In this document: positions 9,168-18,982 of the stretch, piece by piece
Layout of the letters: each line of letters opens with the position of its first letter
How positions within the stretch are numbered: the stretch's first letter is position 1
Source of the DNA: Oceanispirochaeta sp.
GTDB lineage: Bacteria > Spirochaetota > Spirochaetia > DSM-2461
Reading direction: 5' to 3'
Length of the DNA stretch: 64,000 nucleotides
NCBI GenBank assembly: GCA_963663385.2
Contig: CAXXXD010000004.1
Location: forward strand, 1,024,001-1,088,000
The notes under the pieces: model-generated
What the model saw: the letters and a program-made list of their open reading frames with translations, nothing else
Told to the model about the DNA's origin: nothing
The model's database searches: none
Program-made: the position numbers and the translations under genes

Positions 9168-9605
9168 ATGCATCAGGATCAGCTATTTCAGAAAATGCTC
9201 CATTTTGTTACAGCTCTCCATCAGATGGAGGATTCTCTCCTTTCATCCGGTAACGGATCTGATATAACTGATACGCAGACGAATCTTATGACCATCCTCT
9301 ACCTGTCCGGGCCGAAGAATCTCAGTTCTCTCAGCAGCTGTCTGCATATGAATCTGCCTAACTGCAGCCGGGAAGTCAGGAAACTGACTCAGAAAGGGTA
9401 TATCAGGAAAGAGAGTTCGGATCGGGACAGAAGGATTATCGAAATATCCCTCTCCTCCGAAGGACGTTCTTTTATGGATCTTACATTTACCGCTTTGAAA
9501 AGAGGTTTTTTTGAAAAAACCGGCAACTGGGATGCTGCCCGGCTGGAACGGGTCTATTCGGCTATTCAGGTTCTGGAGAAGGATCTGCTGCCCCCGGAAA
9601 TCTGA
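9168..9605 (+). CDS. MarR-family transcriptional regulator
   Basis: wHTH with L.QKGYI and DRDRRII.ISLS.EG; divergent from the oxidoreductase. Confidence 0.88.
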   Translation: MHQDQLFQKMLHFVTALHQMEDSLLSSGNGSDITDTQTNLMTILYLSGPKNLSSLSSCLHMNLPNCSREVRKLTQKGYIRKESSDRDRRIIEISLSSEGRSFMDLTFTALKRGFFEKTGNWDAARLERVYSAIQVLEKDLLPPEI

Positions 9606-9608
9606 TTA

Positions 9609-9701
9609 TGTAACCTATGTTACGATTTCATACATCTTGTACTCTATTATCGCTTTATGATTATCCGGTTTGTTGACAATGGAATGCTATATAAGTAATT
9701 T
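9609..9701 (+). promoter_or_regulatory. Promoter region of the Rrf2 operon
   Basis: Dyad TGTAAC-N4-GTTACG (9609-9624), TATTAT (9645), and TTGACA (9673)-17bp-TAATTT (9696). Confidence 0.5.
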
Positions 9702-9731
9702 AGTACCTAAATACATTATATGGAGAGATGC

Positions 9732-10145
9732 ATGAGCAGTCTGTTGAATATATCCGAAGGAACCTCCCTGGCTTTTCACGCCCTGGCCCTGATAGCGGAA
9801 AAAGCACCGGAAAGGCAGAACGCCAAATCTCTGGCAGCCGATCTTCATGCTTCGGAAGCTCATCTGGCCAAGATTCTGCAGCGTCTGAACAAAGCGGGGA
9901 TTATATCTTCCGCAAGGGGGCCGTCGGGAGGGTTTATTTTGAATAAACCAGCTGAGGAGATCAGTTTCCTGGATGTATACGAAGTTCTGGAATCCTCTGT
10001 AACCTTTGAGGATTGTCCTCTGGGTAAGAATCAGTGTTCCTTCACCAGCTGTATTTTTGCCGGAAAATTATCAAAAATTATCCGGGATGCCTATCATGTC
10101 CTTGAGGATATAAAACTATCGGATTTTTCCGGTCAGGATAGGTAG
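9732..10145 (+). CDS. Rrf2-family transcriptional regulator with three C-terminal Cys (Fe-S type)
   Basis: HLAKILQRL..AGII.SARGPSGGF.L and C-x6-C-x4-C. Confidence 0.9.
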   Translation: MSSLLNISEGTSLAFHALALIAEKAPERQNAKSLAADLHASEAHLAKILQRLNKAGIISSARGPSGGFILNKPAEEISFLDVYEVLESSVTFEDCPLGKNQCSFTSCIFAGKLSKIIRDAYHVLEDIKLSDFSGQDR

Positions 10146-10149
10146 AACA

Positions 10150-11379
10150 GTGTCCTATTTAAAATCGGAAGATACCCTGTTGAAAATTGTGGAAGAGTAC
10201 CCGGAAACAATCCCCGTATTTGTATCCAACGGTTTTTCACAGATGAATGATAAAGCAAAGCGGGAGAAGTTCGGAGGAACGATTACACTGGCAGGTGCTC
10301 TGCTGCTGAAGCAGCTTGATCTGGAAATTTTCATCGGCCTGCTGAATGAGGCCATTGATCAGAAAAAGGGAAAAGGGGCGGATGCCACCCTGGTTGAATC
10401 GGAAAGGCAGGATGAGGGGGAATCCCTTGAGGTGGTGGGACTTTTGCCCTGTCCCGTACGGCTTCCCCTGCTGGAGCAGTTTAACCTGTTTTATGATGAG
10501 TATAAGAAGAGTCATAACACTTATATCAACCATGAGTTGAAAGCGGCTTCCATGGGGCTTGAATGGGTTCAGGAGAATCTGGAAGGAGTTGAGGACTCTG
10601 GCAAACTGCCGGATCTGTTCCTTTCGGCCGGGTTTGATATGTTTTTTGATGAGAAAAAGATTGGAAAATTCAAAAAGCGGGGTGTGTTCAAAGATTCGAC
10701 CGCTCTGGACAGATTCAATGCCGAATTTGAAGAGATCGGCCTGAAAGACCCTGCCGGTCATTACAGTATGATCGGTGTGGTCCCCGCTGTTTTTCTAATC
10801 AATGAAGAGGAACTGGGTTGCCGGGAGATGCCTAAAACCTGGAAGGATATCCTTAAACCCGAATTTGAACGCCGGGTCTCCCTTCCTGTAGGAGACTTTG
10901 ACCTGTTTAACGGGATTCTCCTGAATATTCATAAACAGTATGGAGACGAAGGGGTGCGGAAACTGGGGCGCAGCCTGCTGGAATCCATGCACCCTTCGGA
11001 AATGGTAAAGAGCAACCGGAAGAAGGATGAAAAACCGATAGTTACCATAATGCCCTACTTTTTTACCAAAATGGTTCGGGAGGGTTCCGGGATGGCTGCC
11101 GTCTGGCCCGAAGAAGGAGCCATTATCAGCCCGATTTTTATGCTCTCCAGAAAGGACAAGCTGGAGAAACTGCAGCCTGTTATCGACTTTTTTGCTTCCA
11201 GAGGGGTAGGGGAGGTGCTTTCTCATGGCGGCCGTTTTCCGTCGGTTCACCCCGAAGTGGATAACGGAATCGGTGAGGGTCGAAAGTATATGTGGCTGGG
11301 CTGGGACTATATCTACTCCCATGATATTGCCTCCCTGATCGAACATTGTGAAAAGACCTTTCATGAGGAGACTGTATGA
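10150..11379 (+). CDS. DUF1858-like domain fused to ABC substrate-binding-fold protein, no signal peptide
   Basis: N-terminal ~65 aa EEYPETIPVFVSNGF module; PKTWKDILKPEF and VWPEEGAIISP resemble AfuA/PotD-type SBPs; GLLPCP. Confidence 0.75.
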   Translation: MSYLKSEDTLLKIVEEYPETIPVFVSNGFSQMNDKAKREKFGGTITLAGALLLKQLDLEIFIGLLNEAIDQKKGKGADATLVESERQDEGESLEVVGLLPCPVRLPLLEQFNLFYDEYKKSHNTYINHELKAASMGLEWVQENLEGVEDSGKLPDLFLSAGFDMFFDEKKIGKFKKRGVFKDSTALDRFNAEFEEIGLKDPAGHYSMIGVVPAVFLINEEELGCREMPKTWKDILKPEFERRVSLPVGDFDLFNGILLNIHKQYGDEGVRKLGRSLLESMHPSEMVKSNRKKDEKPIVTIMPYFFTKMVREGSGMAAVWPEEGAIISPIFMLSRKDKLEKLQPVIDFFASRGVGEVLSHGGRFPSVHPEVDNGIGEGRKYMWLGWDYIYSHDIASLIEHCEKTFHEETV

Positions 11380-12089
11380 ATCTGATTACCGTATCCGGTC
11401 CTCCCTCGTCCGGGAAGACTTCGGTTATTCTGAAAACGATCGATGCCCTGCGTAAGCAGGGACTGATGGTCGGGGTTGCCAAATTTGACTGCCTCCATAC
11501 GGATGACGATACCCTCTATGAAAAAGCGGGTATTCCTGTAAGGAAGGGGCTTTCGGGCGCTTTGTGTCCGGATCACTACTTTGTGAGCAATGTGGAGGAG
11601 GTGACACAGTGGGGCATCCGGGAAGGATTTGATGTTCTGATCAGTGAATCCGCCGGTCTGTGCAATCGTTGTTCCCCCTACATCAGGGATATTAAGGCTG
11701 TCTGCGTGATCGATAATCTGAGCGGGATCAATACGCCGAAAAAGATAGGCCCCATGCTGAAGTCGGCGGATATTGTGGTCATCACCAAGGGGGATATTGT
11801 GTCCCAGGCGGAACGGGAAGTGTTTTCCAGCCGGGTGAATATGGTGAATCCCTCGGCTGTCATTATGCATATTAACGGTCTGACCGGACAGGGCAGTTAC
11901 GAACTGAGTACCCTTATGTTCAGCGAAGGGGATAATATCGACACTCTGGCGGGCAGAAAACTGCGCTTCTCCATGCCCTCCGCCCTCTGCTCGTACTGTC
12001 TGGGCGAAACCAGAATCGGTGAGAATTTCCAGATGGGGAATGTGAGGAAAATGAATCTTCAGGAAAAAACGGAAGGAGGTACCCGGTGA
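11376..12089 (+). CDS. G3E-family (HypB/UreG/CobW-like) GTPase
   Basis: GPPSSGKT, LCPDH, ESAGLCNRC, TKGD, C-terminal CSYC. Confidence 0.85.
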   Translation: MNLITVSGPPSSGKTSVILKTIDALRKQGLMVGVAKFDCLHTDDDTLYEKAGIPVRKGLSGALCPDHYFVSNVEEVTQWGIREGFDVLISESAGLCNRCSPYIRDIKAVCVIDNLSGINTPKKIGPMLKSADIVVITKGDIVSQAEREVFSSRVNMVNPSAVIMHINGLTGQGSYELSTLMFSEGDNIDTLAGRKLRFSMPSALCSYCLGETRIGENFQMGNVRKMNLQEKTEGGTR

Positions 12090-13117
12090 TTGCACAGGAA
12101 AGGATCAAAGACCGCACGATAGGGGACCTTCTCGCAGATTATCCGTTTATTACAGCTTTTTTTGTCAATAATGCTATCAGGGTTGAAGGAAACGAAAAGA
12201 TGACCTTGCGGGGAATCCTTCAGAATATGGATGAGGAAGAGCGGGAGGACCGTGCCATCGATCCCGTCCTGATGGAACAGCAGCTGACGGAGTATATCGA
12301 TCAGATGCTGGACTTTCTGGATGAAAATGATGCGGTTCACTCCCTGACGATCCTGCCGGGAACGGATAAATCGGGGAATCCCGAAGGGTTTCGGGATCTG
12401 GTCATCCGGAAGAGTGAAGTTATTTCCATTGTCGGTCCCACCGGTTCCGGGAAGAGCCGCCTGCTGGGAGACATTGAATGGGTGGCCCAGAAAGACACGC
12501 CTACCTCCAGACAGATTTTGATAAACCATGAGGTCCCCGATACCTCCTGGCGGTTCTCTTCCTCCAAAAAGCTGGTAGCTCAGCTCTCTCAGAATATGAA
12601 CTTTGTTATGGACCTTTCGGTCCGGGAGTTCGTGGGACTTCATGCGGAGAGCCGTATGGTGGAAGACCGGGAGTCTGTTGTGGACCGGATTATTGAAGAA
12701 GCCAATAAGCTGGCGGGAGAAAAATTCGATCCCTATACACCGATTACAAGCCTGTCCGGAGGGCAGTCCAGGGCTCTGATGATTGCGGATACAGCCATTT
12801 TGAGTAAATCCCCCATTATTCTGATTGACGAGATTGAAAATGCGGGGATCGACAGAAAAAAGGCCCTGGCCCTGCTTCTGTCGGAAGAGAAAATTGTCTT
12901 GATGGCAACCCATGATCCGGTTCTGGCCCTGATGGGTGACCGGCGGATTGTTATCAAAAACGGCGGCATTGCCAGGGTGATAGAAACAACTGACAAGGAG
13001 AGGACCATTCTGGGAAAACTGGAAGAACTGGACCGGACCCTGCTCGGTTACAGGACCCGTCTGCGGATGGGGGAGAGTCTGACAGATAACAAGGAAGGCG
13101 GCCGGGAAAATGCATGA
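12086..13117 (+). CDS. ABC-type ATPase with N-terminal DUF1858-like domain
   Basis: TIGDLLADYPF N-terminal module; GPTGSGKS, LSGGQ, ILIDE, ATHD. Confidence 0.82.
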   Translation: MIAQERIKDRTIGDLLADYPFITAFFVNNAIRVEGNEKMTLRGILQNMDEEEREDRAIDPVLMEQQLTEYIDQMLDFLDENDAVHSLTILPGTDKSGNPEGFRDLVIRKSEVISIVGPTGSGKSRLLGDIEWVAQKDTPTSRQILINHEVPDTSWRFSSSKKLVAQLSQNMNFVMDLSVREFVGLHAESRMVEDRESVVDRIIEEANKLAGEKFDPYTPITSLSGGQSRALMIADTAILSKSPIILIDEIENAGIDRKKALALLLSEEKIVLMATHDPVLALMGDRRIVIKNGGIARVIETTDKERTILGKLEELDRTLLGYRTRLRMGESLTDNKEGGRENA

Positions 13118-13352
13118 GGGATGTTCGGGAAGTTTTGAATCAGGAAAACAGGTAGTGGATAAGGTCAGGATAATGGGATTCTCCGGGCAGTTCATGCCTC
13201 TGCCCATGCAGGTCTCCTGCGGGAACTGTGAAGAAACCTTTCAAATGGAGAAGTTTGAGGAAAAGTGCCCCGGATGCGGCGCTGTTCATGCTGTTACGCC
13301 CTGCCATGCCTTCGATCCGGTCAATGTTATGTCGGCCGGTGTGGGATATTAA
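13110..13352 (+). CDS. Small Cys-rich putative metal-binding protein
   Basis: 80 aa with HxGC, CxxC, CxxC and PCH; overlaps the ATPase stop. Confidence 0.75.
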   Translation: MHEGCSGSFESGKQVVDKVRIMGFSGQFMPLPMQVSCGNCEETFQMEKFEEKCPGCGAVHAVTPCHAFDPVNVMSAGVGY

Positions 13353-13432
13353 CAGAATCTGCAACTGAAGTCTTCCGTAAGCTTGAGATCCGGGATTCTG
13401 ATAAGTTCAGTGAACTGTCTGGATTTAACAGA

Positions 13433-15241
13433 TCAGGATTTCCGTGTTTTGAAATAACTTACCGCTTTCTGCAGGGCTTCCGCTTTTGCGCTGAAGCCTT
13501 CGGCGGTTGCAGCCAGCTCCTCCGATGCTGCGGCATTCTGCTGAATGACATCATCCAGCTGATTCAGGGCGCTGCTTACCTGTTCGGCTCCTGTTCTCTG
13601 CTCGGTCGTTGCTGCCTGTATTTCAAAAGTAAGCTCTGCCGTTTTCTGAATTCCCGGGACCACCAGGTTCTTGAGAATCTCACCCGCTTTTTCGGCAACA
13701 TTCAGTGACTCATTCACTTCCGCAATGATTTCATTCGCGGCAGCCTGGCTATTCCCCGCCAGTTTTCTGACTTCGCTGGCAACTACGGAAAACCCTTTTC
13801 CGGCTTCACCGGCTCTTGCCGCTTCTATAGCGGCGTTCAGGGCCAGCAGATTGGTTTGCCGGGCTATTTCGTTGATAATCTGAATCCTTTCAGAGATATT
13901 TTTCATATGATCCAGGGTGTCATCCATTGCTTCTCCCCCTGAATCGGCATTTTCAGATACGGAGCGGGCCGTTTTTTCAGTCTGCACAGTATTATCCGCA
14001 TTGGAATGGATGGATGCGTTCATCTCCTCCATAGACGCTGCAACCTCCTGGGATGTGGCGGCCTGTCTCGCAGCCCCTTCCGAAAGGGTTGTACTGGTTG
14101 ATGTGATTTCATCGCTGCCGGTCTTTATATAATCGGATGTTTGCTGAATTTCGGTCATATTCTGACGGAGAATCTCGATCATATTATTGAGGGACCGGGA
14201 CAAATCCCCGATTTCATCCCCGCGATTCAGGATTTCTGGGTCAATCTCCACTGTTAAGTCGCCTTTTGAAATCTCGGCTGTCTTCTTGGCCGTCCGAATA
14301 ATGATACGGCTCAGATTCCGGGAAAAAAAGATGATGGCTGTCATCAATATAACAATACTGACCGATACAATCAGGAGGTTAATACCAAACGCATCCCTCA
14401 TGGCGGCGTTATATTCCGACAATCCTATGGATATTCCCATCTTCCAGCCGGGTGTTCCTTTGATGTTCGAGAGGAACACGACGGCCATACCTTCCAGATA
14501 ATCGGGGATAATACCCGAAACACTGCCGCTTTCCATGGTAGTAATCAGTTTGGACAGACCTGCCGATCCGGTCCGGTTTTCCATGGATTCTACCGATTCC
14601 ATATGAATTTTTTCATCCGGATGGGCAACAATGGAAGCTTCGCCGTCCAGAATAAAACCGTATCCGCTTTTGCCGATTTTTATCGCTTCGGCGATATCGG
14701 ACAAAGTCGTCAATTTGATTGTTGCAGCCAGTATCCCTTCGAATTCCCCATTGCTGTTCTCCACTTTTCTGGCAAGCACGAAAATGGGGATTCCCAGGGA
14801 TTTGGAAACTACCGGATTACTCAAGGCATCAGTAGTTTCGCCGTTTCTGATAGAAATGAAGTAATCCCTATCTCCCACAGTTCCTTCTGCTCCCAGACTC
14901 GAAATGTAATCCCCGTTCCTGTCTGCGAAAAACACCATGGCGAATTCCTCATTGAAGGAACTGCTCCTTTCTGCAAGGTAATCGCCGATCTGGGCCATAT
15001 CTCCGGATTTGATAATGTTCAGTTCAGAAAGCCCTCTTACCTCATTTCTCAATCCGTTTATCCAGCGATTGATTTCGTCAGCCCTTGCAAGAGTCAGTTG
15101 CGTATTCAGAGTCGTATTAATATTACCAATAGAATCCTGCATTATCAGCATCTGACTTGTGCTGAGAAGAATGAAAAGCAGCAGAGAGGTAAGTCCGAAA
15201 CTTACCAGCAATTTAACCATTAGAGACATTCTTTTTTTCAT
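13433..15241 (-). CDS. Methyl-accepting chemotaxis protein (dCache-HAMP-MA)
   Basis: Two TM segments; [37 protein letters not shown]. Confidence 0.95.
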   Translation of the reverse strand: MKKRMSLMVKLLVSFGLTSLLLFILLSTSQMLIMQDSIGNINTTLNTQLTLARADEINRWINGLRNEVRGLSELNIIKSGDMAQIGDYLAERSSSFNEEFAMVFFADRNGDYISSLGAEGTVGDRDYFISIRNGETTDALSNPVVSKSLGIPIFVLARKVENSNGEFEGILAATIKLTTLSDIAEAIKIGKSGYGFILDGEASIVAHPDEKIHMESVESMENRTGSAGLSKLITTMESGSVSGIIPDYLEGMAVVFLSNIKGTPGWKMGISIGLSEYNAAMRDAFGINLLIVSVSIVILMTAIIFFSRNLSRIIIRTAKKTAEISKGDLTVEIDPEILNRGDEIGDLSRSLNNMIEILRQNMTEIQQTSDYIKTGSDEITSTSTTLSEGAARQAATSQEVAASMEEMNASIHSNADNTVQTEKTARSVSENADSGGEAMDDTLDHMKNISERIQIINEIARQTNLLALNAAIEAARAGEAGKGFSVVASEVRKLAGNSQAAANEIIAEVNESLNVAEKAGEILKNLVVPGIQKTAELTFEIQAATTEQRTGAEQVSSALNQLDDVIQQNAAASEELAATAEGFSAKAEALQKAVSYFKTRKS

Positions 15242-15457
15242 AAGAATCCTACCTCATTAATTAATTATATACATACTGGCATTTAATACCATATAAAAGA
15301 GATAGACCATTTTTATGAGGGTATTGAACAAATATTCTTTTTACCAAATTCCCGAAAAGCTGTCCTGCGGGGCCTGCACTGTCTGAAATGTTATTCCCCA
15401 CAGACGGATTATTGGTTATGATCTAACGTATCCTGATAGTATTGCAAGGAGGCCGGG

Positions 15458-16012
15458 ATGAGTTACTATCCGAAAATGCGTGGGGAGCAGTGTTACCTTT
15501 CCCCCATAAACCTGGATGATGCACCGATGTATACAGCCTGGCTGAATGATCTGGAGGTCACAAGAAACCTGACCCTGTCCGGTATGATGGTCAGTGAACA
15601 GGGGGAACGGGGCTTTCTGGAACAGCTCTCTAAAGAGCATAATTATGCCATCGTTACCAGAGACGGTGACAAGCTTATCGGCAACTGCGGTCTTCTGAAT
15701 ACAGACCAGAAAAACCGTTCCTGTGAGGTTGGCATCTTTATCGGAGACAAGGCATACTGGGGAAGGGGATTCGGAACGGAAGCTCTGGTTCTGCTCTGTG
15801 GGTACGCTTTTGATTATCTGAATATGCGGAATATCATGCTCAAGGTCTTCGGGTTCAATGCAAGAGCAGCCAGCTGCTATAAAAAGGTCGGGTTCCGGAT
15901 AATCGGACACCGACGGAACGCTCTGCAGGTGGAGGGTAAGGAGTATGATGAAATTTATATGGACCTTCTGGATGAGGAGTTCCGGAATCTGTATACTTCC
16001 TCCTCTGAATAA
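15458..16012 (+). CDS. GNAT N-acetyltransferase (RimJ/RimL/SpeG-like)
   Basis: IGDKAYWGRGFGTEA, NARAASCYKKVGF. Confidence 0.88.
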   Translation: MSYYPKMRGEQCYLSPINLDDAPMYTAWLNDLEVTRNLTLSGMMVSEQGERGFLEQLSKEHNYAIVTRDGDKLIGNCGLLNTDQKNRSCEVGIFIGDKAYWGRGFGTEALVLLCGYAFDYLNMRNIMLKVFGFNARAASCYKKVGFRIIGHRRNALQVEGKEYDEIYMDLLDEEFRNLYTSSSE

Positions 16013-16074
16013 TCCTGTTTAGTTTCATCCCGAAAGAATTTGCTCGCTCCCCCGGGAGTGAGTATATTTAATAT

Positions 16075-18324
16075 GTGAAAAATACAACATTTTATCAGAT
16101 CCTCGAAAAAATTTCTAAAAAGGCATCCCTCTTTGAATCCCTCCAGGAGGCGAACAGTTTTCTGAAAGAGACTGTCCGCAAGGTTATGGAAAAAGCCGGT
16201 TCAACTCTGGGCGCCGTATATATTTATAATGAAACAACAAAAGAACTGGAATTCCGGGTCGGTTACGACAGGGATGATTTCTGGGATACCTGCCGCTGCG
16301 GAGGGGAAAAAGCACCCCTCAGTTTTGCCCTGGACGGAAACGATGCGGGGAAAGCCTTTACGGAGGGGACAATTCGGGTTCTCAGGTATGACAATCCCTC
16401 TTCTCCCATCCGGTCAAAAATCCTGGTTCCCATAATACGCGGACCCGAGAAAATCGGAGTTCTCCTTATCGCCCATAAGAATCCCGACTTTTTTGATACC
16501 CTGAATAAAGCGGATATCCTCGGGGCGGCATCCATGCTGGGGGATATCTTTGTTGAAGCGACAGCTCTCCTGGAACAGAAACAGGCAGTAGAAAAGGCTC
16601 AGGAGAAAAAAAATCCCTCAAAGATCATTGGAAAGAAAGCGTCGGAAGGGGTCGTGCAGGGAACCGTTCTGCCCGTATGGGCCGATATGGAATCGGTTAT
16701 TGAACACCTTCCGCTTCAGGGAACCACAGAAGAGGAAAAGGCACTGTTTGACTCAGCTCTGACTGAATCCCTGAAACAGCTGGAACAGCTCCAGGACAGC
16801 GCCGCTTCCGGAGAGGGCGATGAGGACATGGTCTCCCTGATCTTCACAGCTCAGCTTTATATGCTGAAAGATCCGAGTTTTATCGATAAAATGCGGAGCC
16901 TTATTGAAGAGGGCTTATCTGCTGCCCATGCTGTGAAGCAGGTGATAAACGAGTATGCCGGCCGCTTTTCCGCCATGAAGGAGATCCGGCTGGCGGAAAA
17001 AGCCCAGGATGTGAGGGATCTCGGATTCCGTATGATTTCCAATATGGGCCGGGCAGAGGAGAAGAACTTCTCCTATAAGGGGAAAATCGTACTGTCCCGT
17101 CATATTTATCCCTCGGATCTTTATCGCCTGGCTGTGGAAGGAGTGGCGGGTGTGGTCCTCCGGGGAACAGGTGTTACAGCCCATATAGCCATACTGGCCC
17201 GTTCTCTCAGTCTTCCTGTACTTATTACAGATGATAACTCTCTTCTGGATATCCCGGAGGGTACCGCTGTGCTGCTGGATGCCAGCGGCGGGACCCTTTA
17301 TATTAATCCTGCCCGGGAAACTCTTGAACGCCTGCTTGAAAACGGGGATAAAAAAGAAACCCCTAAAGCTTATACCCTGAAAGGGAAGACGGCGGATAAT
17401 GTAGCTGTCACTGTTTCGGCTAATGTCAATATCCTGCAGGATGCCAAGGAAGCGGTTAAACAAGGTGCTGAAGGGATTGGTCTTTACCGGAGCGAGTTCC
17501 CCTTTATCCTTAAAAATGATTTCCTTTCGGAAGAGCAGCAGCTCCGGATCTACCGGTCTATTGTAACCAGCCAGAAGGGGAAGCCGGTTGTGCTCCGTAC
17601 GGCGGATATCGGAGGGGACAAGCTCCTGCAGGGACGCAGTGAAGCCGAGGATAATCCCTTTCTGGGGGTTCGGGGGATCCGATTCTCCCTGGCAAACAGG
17701 GAGCTTTTCCGGGACCAGCTGCGGGCCATGATGCGGGCGGGGTTTGATGCGGATCTCCGTATCCTGCTCCCCATGGTTTCGGGGGTGGAAGAGGTCCTTC
17801 AGGCCCGGTCTGAAATTGCCTTCTGCCGGAGTCAGCTGGAAAAGCGGGGCGTTCCCTTTAACGGGGAACCGAAAATCGGTGCCATGATTGAGCTGCCGTC
17901 TGCCGCCATGGCTGTGGAGGAACTGGCTGCCGAGACCGATTTCCTGTCCATTGGATCCAATGATCTGACAATGTATCTTCTTGCGGTGGACCGGACAAAT
18001 CAGAATCTGAGTCACCTCTACAGAAGCCATCATCCTACTGTATTGCGTGTTATGGCTACTATCGCCCGTGAGTCGGGGGATTCCCTTTCCGAACTTTCCG
18101 TATGCGGTGATACCGCCGCAGATCCTCTGATGATTCCATTCTTTGTCGGTTTGGGTATCCGGAAATTGAGTGTATCTCCCGGCAGTGTGGAAAAGGTGAA
18201 ACAGCATCTGAACCGGTTTTCTGTTACTGAGGCGGAGGAGATTACCCGGAAAATGCTCTCGATTAAACGCCTGAGTGAAATGGAAGAGTTCATTGCCGAT
18301 TTTAACAGGACTTACGACTTTTAG
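16075..18324 (+). CDS. ptsP: GAF-domain PTS enzyme I (PtsP/EI-Ntr-like)
   Basis: N-terminal GAF-like region; phospho-His motif TAHIAILARS; GIGLYRSEF, DIGGDK, NPFLGVRGIR, SIGSNDL, VCGD. Confidence 0.88.
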   Translation: MKNTTFYQILEKISKKASLFESLQEANSFLKETVRKVMEKAGSTLGAVYIYNETTKELEFRVGYDRDDFWDTCRCGGEKAPLSFALDGNDAGKAFTEGTIRVLRYDNPSSPIRSKILVPIIRGPEKIGVLLIAHKNPDFFDTLNKADILGAASMLGDIFVEATALLEQKQAVEKAQEKKNPSKIIGKKASEGVVQGTVLPVWADMESVIEHLPLQGTTEEEKALFDSALTESLKQLEQLQDSAASGEGDEDMVSLIFTAQLYMLKDPSFIDKMRSLIEEGLSAAHAVKQVINEYAGRFSAMKEIRLAEKAQDVRDLGFRMISNMGRAEEKNFSYKGKIVLSRHIYPSDLYRLAVEGVAGVVLRGTGVTAHIAILARSLSLPVLITDDNSLLDIPEGTAVLLDASGGTLYINPARETLERLLENGDKKETPKAYTLKGKTADNVAVTVSANVNILQDAKEAVKQGAEGIGLYRSEFPFILKNDFLSEEQQLRIYRSIVTSQKGKPVVLRTADIGGDKLLQGRSEAEDNPFLGVRGIRFSLANRELFRDQLRAMMRAGFDADLRILLPMVSGVEEVLQARSEIAFCRSQLEKRGVPFNGEPKIGAMIELPSAAMAVEELAAETDFLSIGSNDLTMYLLAVDRTNQNLSHLYRSHHPTVLRVMATIARESGDSLSELSVCGDTAADPLMIPFFVGLGIRKLSVSPGSVEKVKQHLNRFSVTEAEEITRKMLSIKRLSEMEEFIADFNRTYDF

Positions 18325-18411
18325 TTTATGGTCAAGCGAAGCCGAGGGAGAACAGAAACCCTGCCTTTATGTGTTATTATATAAACAACAGTTTAAAAAA
18401 GGAGACGTACT

Positions 18412-18888
18412 ATGAAAACAGCTGTAGTCTATTCCTCAAAAAAAGGCTTTGTGAAAGAAGCGGCGGAGAGGATTCAGTCCGGTCTGGGCGAACAGGCTGA
18501 TCTGTTTGATCTATCCGGTGGAAAACCGGGTAATCTTGAAAACTATGATGCTGTGATATTTGCCGTATCCGTCAGGGCCGGGCGTTTCCCCGGCAGATTC
18601 AACAGGTTTTGCGAGAAACAGGTTCCCCGATTGAAAAATCAGAAAGTAAGTCTTCTTGTGAGCGGTCTGGATGAAAAAACCTATAATGAGGCAGTAGACC
18701 GGAATTTGCCGGTTGAAGTTAAGGGCTGTTTTCAAAAAATCCTCTATATAGGAGGACGCTATCTGCCCGAGCAGTACGGACGGTTTATAAGAATGCTTAT
18801 GACCAGGATCAATGAAAACGACGGTCCTGTACTGAATGAGAAAATGGATGCGGTAGACGCACTGATTGAGGAGCTGAATGCTCAATAG
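18412..18888 (+). CDS. Flavodoxin-domain protein (HemG-like)
   Basis: VVYSSKKG, LENYDAVIF, GGRY; AGGAG RBS. Confidence 0.75.
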   Translation: MKTAVVYSSKKGFVKEAAERIQSGLGEQADLFDLSGGKPGNLENYDAVIFAVSVRAGRFPGRFNRFCEKQVPRLKNQKVSLLVSGLDEKTYNEAVDRNLPVEVKGCFQKILYIGGRYLPEQYGRFIRMLMTRINENDGPVLNEKMDAVDALIEELNAQ

Positions 18889-18982
18889 AACCGGGTCTGC
18901 GACTTCTTAAGAATAAAAAAATCGTATCAATACCGGTAATAACAATCTATAATTAAGGGTAATAATAAAAAAGGATGAATCC

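Noticed and set aside
16915..18207. Long antisense ORFs (also 12059-13207, 49592-50536)
   Set aside because: Mirror frames of well-supported genes with no recognisable motifs.
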